From positions 32,115 to 96,114 of the forward strand of contig JAPKZK010000111.1 in the NCBI GenBank assembly GCA_026393835.1: a DNA stretch of 64,000 nucleotides, written 5' to 3'. Shown in pieces: positions 1 through 8,312 of the stretch. The DNA comes from Candidatus Aminicenantes bacterium. GTDB taxonomy: Bacteria; Acidobacteriota; Aminicenantia; UBA2199. Numbering within the stretch: the stretch's first letter is position 1; each line of letters starts with the position of its first letter. Made by a program: the position numbers and the translations under genes. Below the pieces are notes generated by a model that was not told the DNA's origin, searched no databases, and saw only the letters and a program-made list of their open reading frames with translations.

Positions 1-19
1 GACGAACACGGACAACACA

Positions 20-1132
20 ATGGAACATAAAATGAAATTTAATTCGATTATCGTACGATATGGGGAAATTAGCCTTAAAGGGAAAAATAGGAAATCCTTC
101 GAACTTAAATTAAAATCGGATATCGAAGGCTTTTTAAAAGCCCGGGGAATCGATTTCTCCCGCGTGGACCTGAGAAGGGGCCGCATCTATATCCGGGGAA
201 TCGACCAGGTCCCTGGATTGGAAAAAATAATGGGCGTTCATTCTTACAGCCCGGCGTTGGAAATCGAAAGAAATATGGAGGCGCTGGAAAGGGAAGTGCT
301 CTTTTTTATACCCATGATTGCCGACGCCCAATCTTTCAGGGTAAGCTGCCAGCGTGTGGATAAACGGTTTCCCATTAAATCCGTGGACCTGGAACAGGCA
401 ATCGGGCATATGTTACACCTAAAATCCGGGACCCCGGTTAAATTGAAAGACCCGGCGATGGAGGTTCATATCGAGATCGGCGAAGATGGGATTTTTCTCT
501 TTGGGGAAAAAATCCGGGGGTACAGCGGCATGCCTTACGGCAGCGCCGGGAAACTGGTGTCCCTGGTTTCGGGCGGCATCGATTCGCCGGTGGCTACTTT
601 CCTGATGATGAAACGGGGCGTGGAACCGATTCTCCTGCACTTCGAGCTTTCCCAGGAGGATACGCAAAAAGTGATTAAATTAAAGGAAAAACTGGAAGAG
701 TATGCTTCCGGCCGGGAAATCAAATTGTATGTTATCCCCAGGGATGAGATTTTTAAAGGAAAATTTTCCGGGCTATATAATAATGGGCGCTATCAGCCTT
801 ATATCTGCGTAATATGCAAGCACCTGATGCATAAAAAAGCGGGTGAGATCGCGAAACAGGAAGGCGCATTGGGTATTATCACGGGCGATAACCTGGCGCA
901 AGTGGCGTCCCAGACGTTAAAGAATCTCTTCGCTTACCAGATGACTTCCGAATTCCCGGTTTACAGCCCCTTGATCAGTTTCGAAAAAGAGCAGACCGTG
1001 AAAATTGCCAGGGAGATCGGGACTTATGACCTTTCTGTGGTAAAAGCAAAAGGATGTACGCCCCCTAAGAATCCTAAAACCGGTGTTTCGATTACTACTT
1101 TCCATAAAATATTGAATGAGCTCGGATTGTAA
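20..1132 (+). CDS. thiI: tRNA 4-thiouridine synthase / sulfurtransferase ThiI (THUMP + PP-loop, no rhodanese domain)
   Basis: 370-aa ORF. ThiI-type N-terminus IVRYGEISLKGKNR and PP-loop LVSGGIDSPVA (SGGxDS). Confidence 0.85.
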   Translation: MEHKMKFNSIIVRYGEISLKGKNRKSFELKLKSDIEGFLKARGIDFSRVDLRRGRIYIRGIDQVPGLEKIMGVHSYSPALEIERNMEALEREVLFFIPMIADAQSFRVSCQRVDKRFPIKSVDLEQAIGHMLHLKSGTPVKLKDPAMEVHIEIGEDGIFLFGEKIRGYSGMPYGSAGKLVSLVSGGIDSPVATFLMMKRGVEPILLHFELSQEDTQKVIKLKEKLEEYASGREIKLYVIPRDEIFKGKFSGLYNNGRYQPYICVICKHLMHKKAGEIAKQEGALGIITGDNLAQVASQTLKNLFAYQMTSEFPVYSPLISFEKEQTVKIAREIGTYDLSVVKAKGCTPPKNPKTGVSITTFHKILNELGL

Positions 1133-1140
1133 TAACCAGA

Positions 1141-1189
1141 AGTTTTGGGAAGTCCAGAAACCCTTTTTCAAAAGGGTTTCTGGGTTTTT
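1141..1189. terminator. Hairpin between convergent thiI and radical-SAM genes; copy 1 of a 43-nt dispersed element
   Basis: CCAGAAACCCTTTT (1154-1167) pairs with AAAAGGGTTTCTGG (1170-1183), followed by GTTTTT. Positions 1141-1183 recur at 14343-14385 with 1 mismatch. Confidence 0.6.
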
Positions 1190-2207
1190 AAACGCTGGAG
1201 TTCCAAACGCCGGCAATGGCATGGCCGCAGGAGCCGCACTGACCGCCAGATAGTTTTTTTACCCTGGTAAAATAACCTCTTCGTTCGATTAAAATTGCAT
1301 TACACGCCGGGCAGCGGGTGTGCGCGAACCGCTCATCCGCCACGTTGCCCGCATAAACAAATTTAAGCCCCATGTCCCGTCCCAATTCAAGCATTTCATA
1401 AATAATACCCGTGGGCGTAGCCAGCACATCCAGGAGCCGGTGTTGCGGGAAAAACCGCGACACATGCCACGGCATCATCTCATCCACGCTTAATATAAAA
1501 GAAATCAACTCCCCCATTTCCCGCTTATCCGTGTTCACACCCGGGATCAACAACGTGGTCAACTCTACCCAGATACCTTTCGCTTTCATACCTTTTATCG
1601 TTTCCAGGACCGGCGCCAGCGTGGCCCCGCAATATTCCTTATAAAAGCTTTCCCTGAAGGCTTTTAAATCGATATTGGCCGCATCCAGGTACGGCGACAT
1701 CATTTCCAACGCTTCAGAGCTCATATAGCCGTTGGTGACCATCACATTTTTTAAACCCTTTTCCCTGGCCAATTTGGCCGTCTCCAACATGAGCTCGAAA
1801 TAAACAGTCGGTTCCGAATAAGTATAGGAAATAGATTGCGAACCGCTGTTTAAGGCCGCTTGTACCAATTCTTCCGGCGGTATCTTCTCCCCGAAAATCC
1901 GGGCTTCCGTTTCAACCACGGATAAAGAATAGTTCTGGCAAAACTTGCACTTGAAATTGCAGCCCATGGCGGCGATCGAGTAAGAAGTCGAAGCGGGCAG
2001 AAAATGGTAGAGAGGTTTTTTTTCAATGGGGTCCAGGTGGGTGGCGCATACTTTATCGTAATTTAGCGAATAAAGGGCGCCGTTAATGTTTTTCCGCACC
2101 CGGCACACGCCGGATCGATCCTCTTGTAACCGGCAGTGGTGAGCGCAAAGCAGGCATCTGACGACGTTGTCTTTGCCGGCGGTTTCATATAAAAGCGCTT
2201 TTTTCAT
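1188..2207 (-). CDS. amrS: AmmeMemoRadiSam-system-type radical SAM enzyme (PflA-like activase fold)
   Basis: 339 aa. N-terminal Cys cluster CLLCAHHCRLQEDRSGVCRVR, DPIEKKPLYHF, and radical SAM CNFKCKFCQN (CxxxCxxC). Confidence 0.75.
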   Translation of the reverse strand: MKKALLYETAGKDNVVRCLLCAHHCRLQEDRSGVCRVRKNINGALYSLNYDKVCATHLDPIEKKPLYHFLPASTSYSIAAMGCNFKCKFCQNYSLSVVETEARIFGEKIPPEELVQAALNSGSQSISYTYSEPTVYFELMLETAKLAREKGLKNVMVTNGYMSSEALEMMSPYLDAANIDLKAFRESFYKEYCGATLAPVLETIKGMKAKGIWVELTTLLIPGVNTDKREMGELISFILSVDEMMPWHVSRFFPQHRLLDVLATPTGIIYEMLELGRDMGLKFVYAGNVADERFAHTRCPACNAILIERRGYFTRVKKLSGGQCGSCGHAIAGVWNSSV

Positions 2208-2221
2208 TGCTCTTTTCTTTG

Positions 2222-2542
2222 CTAGATCACTTCCCTGAGTTTTTGTTCGATCATCTGGGAAGAGACCGCGCCCACCATTTGCGTTTTAACGTTGCCGTTT
2301 TTAATGAACAGCAGTGTCGGCAGGCCCCTGATGAGATATTTGGATGAAGTCCTGGGACAGTCGTTTACATTGACCTTAAGGACCTTCACCCTGGAACGGT
2401 AAGCGTCGGCGATTTTTTTCAGCCCAGGCTCCAATTGCATACAGGGCGCGCAGGTGGGAGACCAGAAGTCCACGATTATGGCCTTCTGATCATTCAAGTG
2501 ATGATCGAAATCGATATCGTTAGCAAGAATTAATTCATCCAT
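2222..2542 (-). CDS. Thioredoxin-family protein with non-canonical CAPC active site
   Basis: 106 aa, thioredoxin length. FWSPTCAPCMQ replaces the canonical WCGPC; GLPTLLF cis-Pro region is present. Confidence 0.75.
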   Translation of the reverse strand: MDELILANDIDFDHHLNDQKAIIVDFWSPTCAPCMQLEPGLKKIADAYRSRVKVLKVNVNDCPRTSSKYLIRGLPTLLFIKNGNVKTQMVGAVSSQMIEQKLREVI

Positions 2543-2826
2543 TTCAAATTCTCCTATAACCTTTCTTTTTTTATAGTTAAATAAGTATATTAATTGTCTT
2601 AGAGAATCATATTCTATTTTTTTGAAGGATAAATGTCAAGACAAAAAAATATATTTTTTTTATTTACACACAAGATATAGCGTCTGCCGGTTTAATACCT
2701 TCTATTAGTGGGGGTTTAAACCGGTGTTCCCCACCCCGGACCGGGACCGGGAATTTATTCATTTTCCCTTTGAAATTTTTTTTAAAAAATGGCATAATAT
2801 CCTCTTGCGTTAAGGAGAAAAACGAT

Positions 2827-4557
2827 ATGATTAAACTGCCGCAAATACCGGGGTACAGGTTAATACGAAAGCTGGGCCACGGCGGAATGGCCGATGTATA
2901 CCTGGGCGTCCAGGAGAACCTCCAACGGGAAGTCGCCATAAAAGTATTGGTGTCGTCTCTTTTCAGGGATGAGCAGTTCTCCTTGCGTTTTATAAAAGAA
3001 GCGCAAACCGCGGCCAGGTTGTCTCACCCCAACATTATCACCATCCACGACATCGGGCAAGTAGGGGAAACTTATTTCATCGTAATGGAATACCTCCATG
3101 AAAGCCTTAACGACCGGATAAAAAAAGTAGGACTGGTTCCGCCCAGGGAGGCGTTGGATATCGTCAAGAGGATAGCGTCGGCGCTGGACTACGCTCATAA
3201 TAAAGGCTTTATCCACAGGGATATAAAACCGGACAACATCATGTTCCGGTCGGACGGAACCGCCGTGCTGGTTGATTTCGGAATCGCCCGCGCCATCGAT
3301 TCCACCACCCGCCTTACCCGGACCGGGATGAGCATCGGCACACCCTATTACATGAGCCCCGAACAATGCCGGGGAGAGAAAATCGACGGCCGCAGCGATA
3401 TTTACGCGCTGGGGGTCCAGTTCTTTGAATTATTGACGGGAAAGGTACCTTACAAAGCAGAGAATACCGCCGGTATTATCCTCAAACATATCCAGGACCC
3501 GGTGCCGCGTTTACCCCTGGAACTGTGCCAGTATCAACCCCTACTGGACAAAATGATGGCCAAAGACAAAGAAATGAGAATTTCCTGCGCCGCAGAACTG
3601 GTAAAATTCATAGAGGGTTTTTTGATCGCCCGGGATCATCAACTTCCCCCCCCTATGCCCACGATGCCGGCGGCGTCTGTCGCCAGGCCGGAAATGCCCA
3701 CAGCGGAACAACTCACTATCCCGACCCCCCGGCCCGCCGCATCTATATCGTTCCGTAAACAACCGGGAAGAAAAAAATGGCTGGCCCCGGCCCTGCTGGG
3801 ACTTGCGGCGGCGATGGTAGTCGGCACGTCGATCTATTTCTTTAGCCAATCCACCCCCGGGAAAACCGAAAACAGCTCTCCAAAGGTGGAGCAAAAAGTT
3901 GAAACTGTAACCGAAACCCTGACGGGAAAAGAAACGGTTTCGTCGACGCCAACGGGAACAGATAAAACCCAACAACCGCTTGCAGCCGCAGAGAAAAAAA
4001 ACAACTCCATTACCCCAACAGCGAGAGATGCGGGCGCCGACGCCGACGCCGCGGAAAAACCGGGAAAATCGACGAAATCCCTTATGTCGGACAAGTCGGA
4101 CAAATCGGACAGGTCGGACAAGTCCGACAAGTCTGAAGCTGTGAAAGAACCCCTACCGAAAGTCGAACAAACCCCGGCGCCCTCGCCCTTCCAACAAATA
4201 AAAACCGCGACTTTATTGGACCTGCATCCCGATGTGCTAAGGGAGTACAGCGCCATGTTGGAGCGACTGCAAATCCCGGTCTTAAACCCGAAGTTAAAAA
4301 TAATAGGTCAAATCGTCGTCAACCTGGCCATCGATGAAAATGGCAAAATTACCATTCAAAACTTCCAGGATATGATCAAAGTAACCCCGCTCCTGCAAGA
4401 AACACAGGTAAAAATCGCTATCGCTAGAAAAATAAATGGTATTTCCCTGCCCCCCCCAAAAAATAAAAACGGCGAACCCGTCAAAGTAAGCAACTGGCGG
4501 GTAACATTTAAAGTAGGGAAATTCTTAAATAATATAATTTTGACAAAACAAAACTAA
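2827..4557 (+). CDS. Membrane Ser/Thr protein kinase (Hanks type) with low-complexity linker, one TM helix and an extracytoplasmic C-terminal domain
   Basis: GHGGMADVY glycine loop, AIK, HRDIKPDN, DFG and SPE motifs. TM helix LAPALLGLAAAMVVGTSIYFF. Start moved from 2770 to the ATG at 2827, 9 nt after AAGGAG (2812-2817). Confidence 0.85.
   Translation: MIKLPQIPGYRLIRKLGHGGMADVYLGVQENLQREVAIKVLVSSLFRDEQFSLRFIKEAQTAARLSHPNIITIHDIGQVGETYFIVMEYLHESLNDRIKKVGLVPPREALDIVKRIASALDYAHNKGFIHRDIKPDNIMFRSDGTAVLVDFGIARAIDSTTRLTRTGMSIGTPYYMSPEQCRGEKIDGRSDIYALGVQFFELLTGKVPYKAENTAGIILKHIQDPVPRLPLELCQYQPLLDKMMAKDKEMRISCAAELVKFIEGFLIARDHQLPPPMPTMPAASVARPEMPTAEQLTIPTPRPAASISFRKQPGRKKWLAPALLGLAAAMVVGTSIYFFSQSTPGKTENSSPKVEQKVETVTETLTGKETVSSTPTGTDKTQQPLAAAEKKNNSITPTARDAGADADAAEKPGKSTKSLMSDKSDKSDRSDKSDKSEAVKEPLPKVEQTPAPSPFQQIKTATLLDLHPDVLREYSAMLERLQIPVLNPKLKIIGQIVVNLAIDENGKITIQNFQDMIKVTPLLQETQVKIAIARKINGISLPPPKNKNGEPVKVSNWRVTFKVGKFLNNIILTKQN
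4087..4131 (+). repeat. 5 x 9-nt in-frame tandem repeat (TCGGACAAG) inside the kinase linker
   Basis: tcggacaag tcggacaaa tcggacagg tcggacaag tccgacaag, encoding SDKSDKSDRSDKSDK. Confidence 0.9.
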
Positions 4558-4571
4558 AAGGAGGAAATGAA

Positions 4572-5471
4572 ATGTTGAGATTTAAATCCTTAAGACCGTT
4601 AAGCTTGTTAACCCTGTTCTTTTTCATTTTTTTCATCGGGCCCGCGGAATTCTCCCTGGGACAGGAAGAAGATACATTGGTGAACGCGCAAAAACTTTAC
4701 CAGGCCGGCGATTATGAAAGCGCCATCAAAACGTTGAGCGACTTTATCACGAAGCTGAGAGCCATGGTGGAGCAAAAGAAAAATGTGTCTCAAGCCTTTT
4801 ACATGCTGGCAAAGATTTATTTCGAAGTAGGCGATGATGTGAAAGTAGACGAGAACTTACGAAAAGTCTTTGAAACATTCCCCGCATTTAATATCGATGA
4901 GAGTAATTTCAGTTTTAAAGAACGGGTAGAGAAGGTTAGAGAAGAATTCTTGCAGAAAAAAGAAGCCGAACTGGATAAGCAGGAAGAACAAATAAGTCCC
5001 AAACCCAGGGTTATCCAGCAGTCCACCGCGAAGACAGCGAAAAAGAAATTCCCGGTGGTGCTGGTGGTGGTGGGTATTGTGGTGGTGGCCGCCGTGGTCA
5101 TCCTCCTGGCCGGCGGCAAGAAAACACCGGCGGAAACGTTCGATATCAGGGGACCCTGGACAATCTTTGACACCTCCGGCGCAGAACAACTGTGGAGTCA
5201 TTTTACCTTCACCGGCCCCAGTCGCGGCAGCGGAACGTTTGTCGACGACGACAGCGATACAGGTACTTATACGGTTAACGACAGGACCGTTAGTTTCAGG
5301 TACGATGACTTTAACATTATTTTTAACGGTACCTTCGTCGAACAAAACCGCATGAACGGCGCTTATACATCGATCCTGGGCTCCCGCAACTGGAGGGCCG
5401 TCAGGGGACGCGCCGCGCTGCAGGGCACGGCATCTTATCTTAAACAGGCAAAAGCGGCCAGTATAAAATAA
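4572..5471 (+). CDS. Hypothetical membrane protein (signal/TM, TPR-like helical region, TM, about 110-aa C-terminal domain); likely co-transcribed with the kinase
   Basis: 299-aa ORF starting 14 nt after the kinase stop, preceded by AAAGGAGG. Hydrophobic N-terminus and FPVVLVVVGIVVVAAVVILLAGG. No family recognised. Confidence 0.6.
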   Translation: MLRFKSLRPLSLLTLFFFIFFIGPAEFSLGQEEDTLVNAQKLYQAGDYESAIKTLSDFITKLRAMVEQKKNVSQAFYMLAKIYFEVGDDVKVDENLRKVFETFPAFNIDESNFSFKERVEKVREEFLQKKEAELDKQEEQISPKPRVIQQSTAKTAKKKFPVVLVVVGIVVVAAVVILLAGGKKTPAETFDIRGPWTIFDTSGAEQLWSHFTFTGPSRGSGTFVDDDSDTGTYTVNDRTVSFRYDDFNIIFNGTFVEQNRMNGAYTSILGSRNWRAVRGRAALQGTASYLKQAKAASIK

Positions 5472-5485
5472 AAGGAATGGTTAAG

Positions 5486-5539
5486 ACAGGATAGACGGGA
5501 TGAAATGATGGCATAATCCCGCTATCCTGTTTAATTTTT
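5486..5539. terminator. Rho-independent-type hairpin between convergent genes
   Basis: ACAGGATAGACGGGA ... TCCCGCTATCCTGT stem with one bulge, followed by TTAATTTTT. Confidence 0.6.
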
Positions 5540-7362
5540 CAAGTCCAATTTTTACTATCCAGGATTTGACGGATTTTTTGGAGCAATTCCATGGGCGAGA
5601 AGGGTTTCGCCAGGAAGGATAACCCCCTGGATAATATCTCATGGGTCACAATTCTTTTCCCCGTATAACCGGAGATAAATAAAACTTTGACGCCCGGGTA
5701 CTGTCGCGTCATTTCGTCCGCCAATTCCTTACCGTTCATGCCCGGCATCACGACGTCCGTGAGAAGCATATCGATTTTCCCACCCTGGAGCCGGCCGCAC
5801 AATTCAAGCGCTTCCTCGCCCGTCCCTGCATCATAGGTTCGATACCCATGCCCCTGGAGTATCTGGATAATCACATCCCGGAGGTCCGCTTCATCTTCCA
5901 CCACCAGCAGCGTTTCCTTCGAACCCTCCACCATCTCCGCCGCCGGCGCCGTTTGTTCCGCCGGCGCCGCGATTTCTTCCACGGGAGCATTAACAACAGG
6001 AAAGTATATTTTAAAAGTAGTTCCTTTTCCCGGCTCACTTTCAAAACAGATATGACCGCGGTTTTGTTTTACAATACCATAGACCGCGGACAATCCCAAT
6101 CCCGTTCCTTTCCCCGGTTCTTTGGTGGTAAAAAAAGGCTCAAAGAGAAATTCTTTTATTTCTTCGGGTATACCGCGGCCGGTATCCGCCGCCAGGATCA
6201 TCACGTAGTCCCCCGGTTTTATTTCATCGAATTGGCGACAGTACGCCTCATCCAGGTAAGCATTGGCTGTTTCGACCCTGATCATGCCCTGTTTGGGCAT
6301 GGCCTCGCCGGCATTGACCACCAGGTTTATAATCACCTGTTCCAACTGCACCGGGTCTATTTTGATATGGAGAATCCCGGCGGCCAGTGAAATCTCGAGG
6401 GAAATATTTTCGCCTATCAGGCGGTGCAGCGTATTTTCCAGGCCGGCCAATTGCTCATTGATGTTCAACACCCGGGGTTCGGTGGGCTGCCTCCGACTGA
6501 AAGCCAGCAGCCGTTCTGTCAGGGATGCGGCGCGATCCGTCGCTGTTTGAATGTCTTTGAGAAATCCCCCGGCTGGTTGGTCCGGGGATATGTCGGCGGC
6601 CAACATCCGGCAGTAACCCTTGATCACGGTAATCAAATTGTTAAAGTCATGGGCAATGGCGCCCGCCAGTCTGCCCTCGGATTCCATTTTCCGGGCATGT
6701 TGCAATTGGGCTTCCTGTTTCTTTTTTTCCGAAATATCGGCGACTAACCCGGTCAGGCCGGTAGGCTGCCCGCTTCCTGTAATTAGCCTGCTGGAAGCGC
6801 GGACGTAAAGTGTTTTGCTATCTTTATCGAAAATTCGGAATTCGATGACTTTATTTGTCCCGGAATATACCTTTTTAAGGGCCGCTTCCACTGTCGGCAG
6901 GTCATCGGGGTGGACAAGACGGGAAAAATGCCGGCCCTCGATATCTTCAACCTTATATTGGCTTATCCGTTCGACGGCCGGGCTTACATAAGTGAAGCAG
7001 CCGTCTGTATCCAACGTGAAAATAGCTTCGTTTATGTTTTCCACCAGCGACCGGTATTGCCCCTCTTTTTCCATCACGATGGCCCGGTGTTGGATTTCCA
7101 TCCGGTTGAGGCGGTGCAGCGACGCCAGGGCCGGTATACCGAACGCCAATAGGGCGACAACCGCGGCGAATAGATGCCGGGGGTTTACCGCGCCGGCGCC
7201 TGACAGCCAACGCAGCAGCATGTAAAAAAACCACGCCGCCAGCGCTGCCAGCAGCAGTATGGAAAAGAGCCGCGCTTTCCTGAGCTGGATTCGCTGCTCA
7301 CTGGTGGAACTTGCCGACGCCGACAGCCACCGAGAAAAAGCCTGAAATTTTTCTTTTATCAT
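5539..7362 (-). CDS. Hybrid sensor histidine kinase (TM, PAS, HisKA, HATPase_c, receiver)
   Basis: 607 aa. H-box [15 protein letters not shown]-box [13 protein letters not shown], and a C-terminal receiver (LLVVEDE ... [12 protein letters not shown] ... FISGY). Confidence 0.9.
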   Translation of the reverse strand: MIKEKFQAFSRWLSASASSTSEQRIQLRKARLFSILLLAALAAWFFYMLLRWLSGAGAVNPRHLFAAVVALLAFGIPALASLHRLNRMEIQHRAIVMEKEGQYRSLVENINEAIFTLDTDGCFTYVSPAVERISQYKVEDIEGRHFSRLVHPDDLPTVEAALKKVYSGTNKVIEFRIFDKDSKTLYVRASSRLITGSGQPTGLTGLVADISEKKKQEAQLQHARKMESEGRLAGAIAHDFNNLITVIKGYCRMLAADISPDQPAGGFLKDIQTATDRAASLTERLLAFSRRQPTEPRVLNINEQLAGLENTLHRLIGENISLEISLAAGILHIKIDPVQLEQVIINLVVNAGEAMPKQGMIRVETANAYLDEAYCRQFDEIKPGDYVMILAADTGRGIPEEIKEFLFEPFFTTKEPGKGTGLGLSAVYGIVKQNRGHICFESEPGKGTTFKIYFPVVNAPVEEIAAPAEQTAPAAEMVEGSKETLLVVEDEADLRDVIIQILQGHGYRTYDAGTGEEALELCGRLQGGKIDMLLTDVVMPGMNGKELADEMTRQYPGVKVLFISGYTGKRIVTHEILSRGLSFLAKPFSPMELLQKIRQILDSKNWT

Positions 7363-7409
7363 CCATATATTTTATAGAAAATAGAAATGGAATGCAACTA
7401 TTTTTTTAT

Positions 7410-7439
7410 TTGACTTTGCAATAGGAAAAAAATTATAAT
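7410..7439 (+). promoter_or_regulatory. Candidate sigma70-type promoter for the 7479 gene
   Basis: TTGACT (7410-7415), 18-nt spacer, TATAAT (7434-7439); about 40 nt upstream of the start codon. Confidence 0.5.
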
Positions 7440-7478
7440 TATCACGTGCTATTTTTATATGGTTAGGAGGATTGACTT

Positions 7479-8306
7479 ATGAAAAAGAAACGGGTTACAA
7501 TACTTTTATGGGCGCTTGCTTTTATCTTAACCCTGGCCCTTGCTGTTTATCAGCGATTGACCGGGCCCACCCACCCGCTGGCGGGCAGTGAATCAGTAAA
7601 AGGGAAAGTAATTAGCTATCGACTGCTGCGCAGTTTTACGGAATTTCAATCATTACCGGTTAAAATACAGGCGCCGGCCGAGGTAACGGCATGGCTGAGC
7701 TATAAGCGTTATAAAACCTCCGATGAATGGACGGAAGTGGCAATGAAACGGCAAGGGGAGTACCTGGCCGGGGAAATACCGGGCCAACCGGCCGCCGGTA
7801 AAGTCGAATATACCATCCGCCTGCAGTGGGGCGAAGAAGATATACTGCTAAACAGGGGCAGAAGTATTGTGGCGCGGTTTAAAGGCGAAACGCCCACCTG
7901 GCTTTTAATTACCCATGTGGTTTTTATGTTCCTGGGGATTCTCTTTGCCGTCAGGGCGGGTTTGGAAACCCTACGGAAAGACGGCAACTATGCACGATTG
8001 GCCATCTGGACCCTGGGGTTTGTTTTTATCGGCGGCCTGGTCCTGGGCCCTTTTGTGCAAAAATATGCATTCGGTAGTTGGTGGACCGGGGTACCCTTCG
8101 GTACGGATTTGACGGATAATAAGACGTTGATTGCGTTTATAGCCTGGGCGGCCGCATTGTTCCTGAAGAAAATGAGTAAATGGTGGATACTGGCCGCCGC
8201 GGTATTGATGATTGCAGTCTATCTCATCCCCCACTCGATAATGGGTTCGGAACTGGATTACCAGAGCGGAAAGATGAAGAATAAATTTGAGCAGCGGGGG
8301 ACTTAA
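7479..8306 (+). CDS. Hypothetical integral membrane protein
   Basis: 275-aa ORF preceded by AGGAGG. N-terminal TM helix, about 110-aa soluble segment, then several hydrophobic helices. No family recognised. Confidence 0.6.
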   Translation: MKKKRVTILLWALAFILTLALAVYQRLTGPTHPLAGSESVKGKVISYRLLRSFTEFQSLPVKIQAPAEVTAWLSYKRYKTSDEWTEVAMKRQGEYLAGEIPGQPAAGKVEYTIRLQWGEEDILLNRGRSIVARFKGETPTWLLITHVVFMFLGILFAVRAGLETLRKDGNYARLAIWTLGFVFIGGLVLGPFVQKYAFGSWWTGVPFGTDLTDNKTLIAFIAWAAALFLKKMSKWWILAAAVLMIAVYLIPHSIMGSELDYQSGKMKNKFEQRGT

Positions 8307-8312
8307 TTTTTT

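Noticed and set aside
3834-4256. 140-aa antisense ORF with a DLSDLSDLSDLS repeat
   Set aside because: It is the mirror image of the SDK 9-nt repeat inside the kinase gene and has no independent support.
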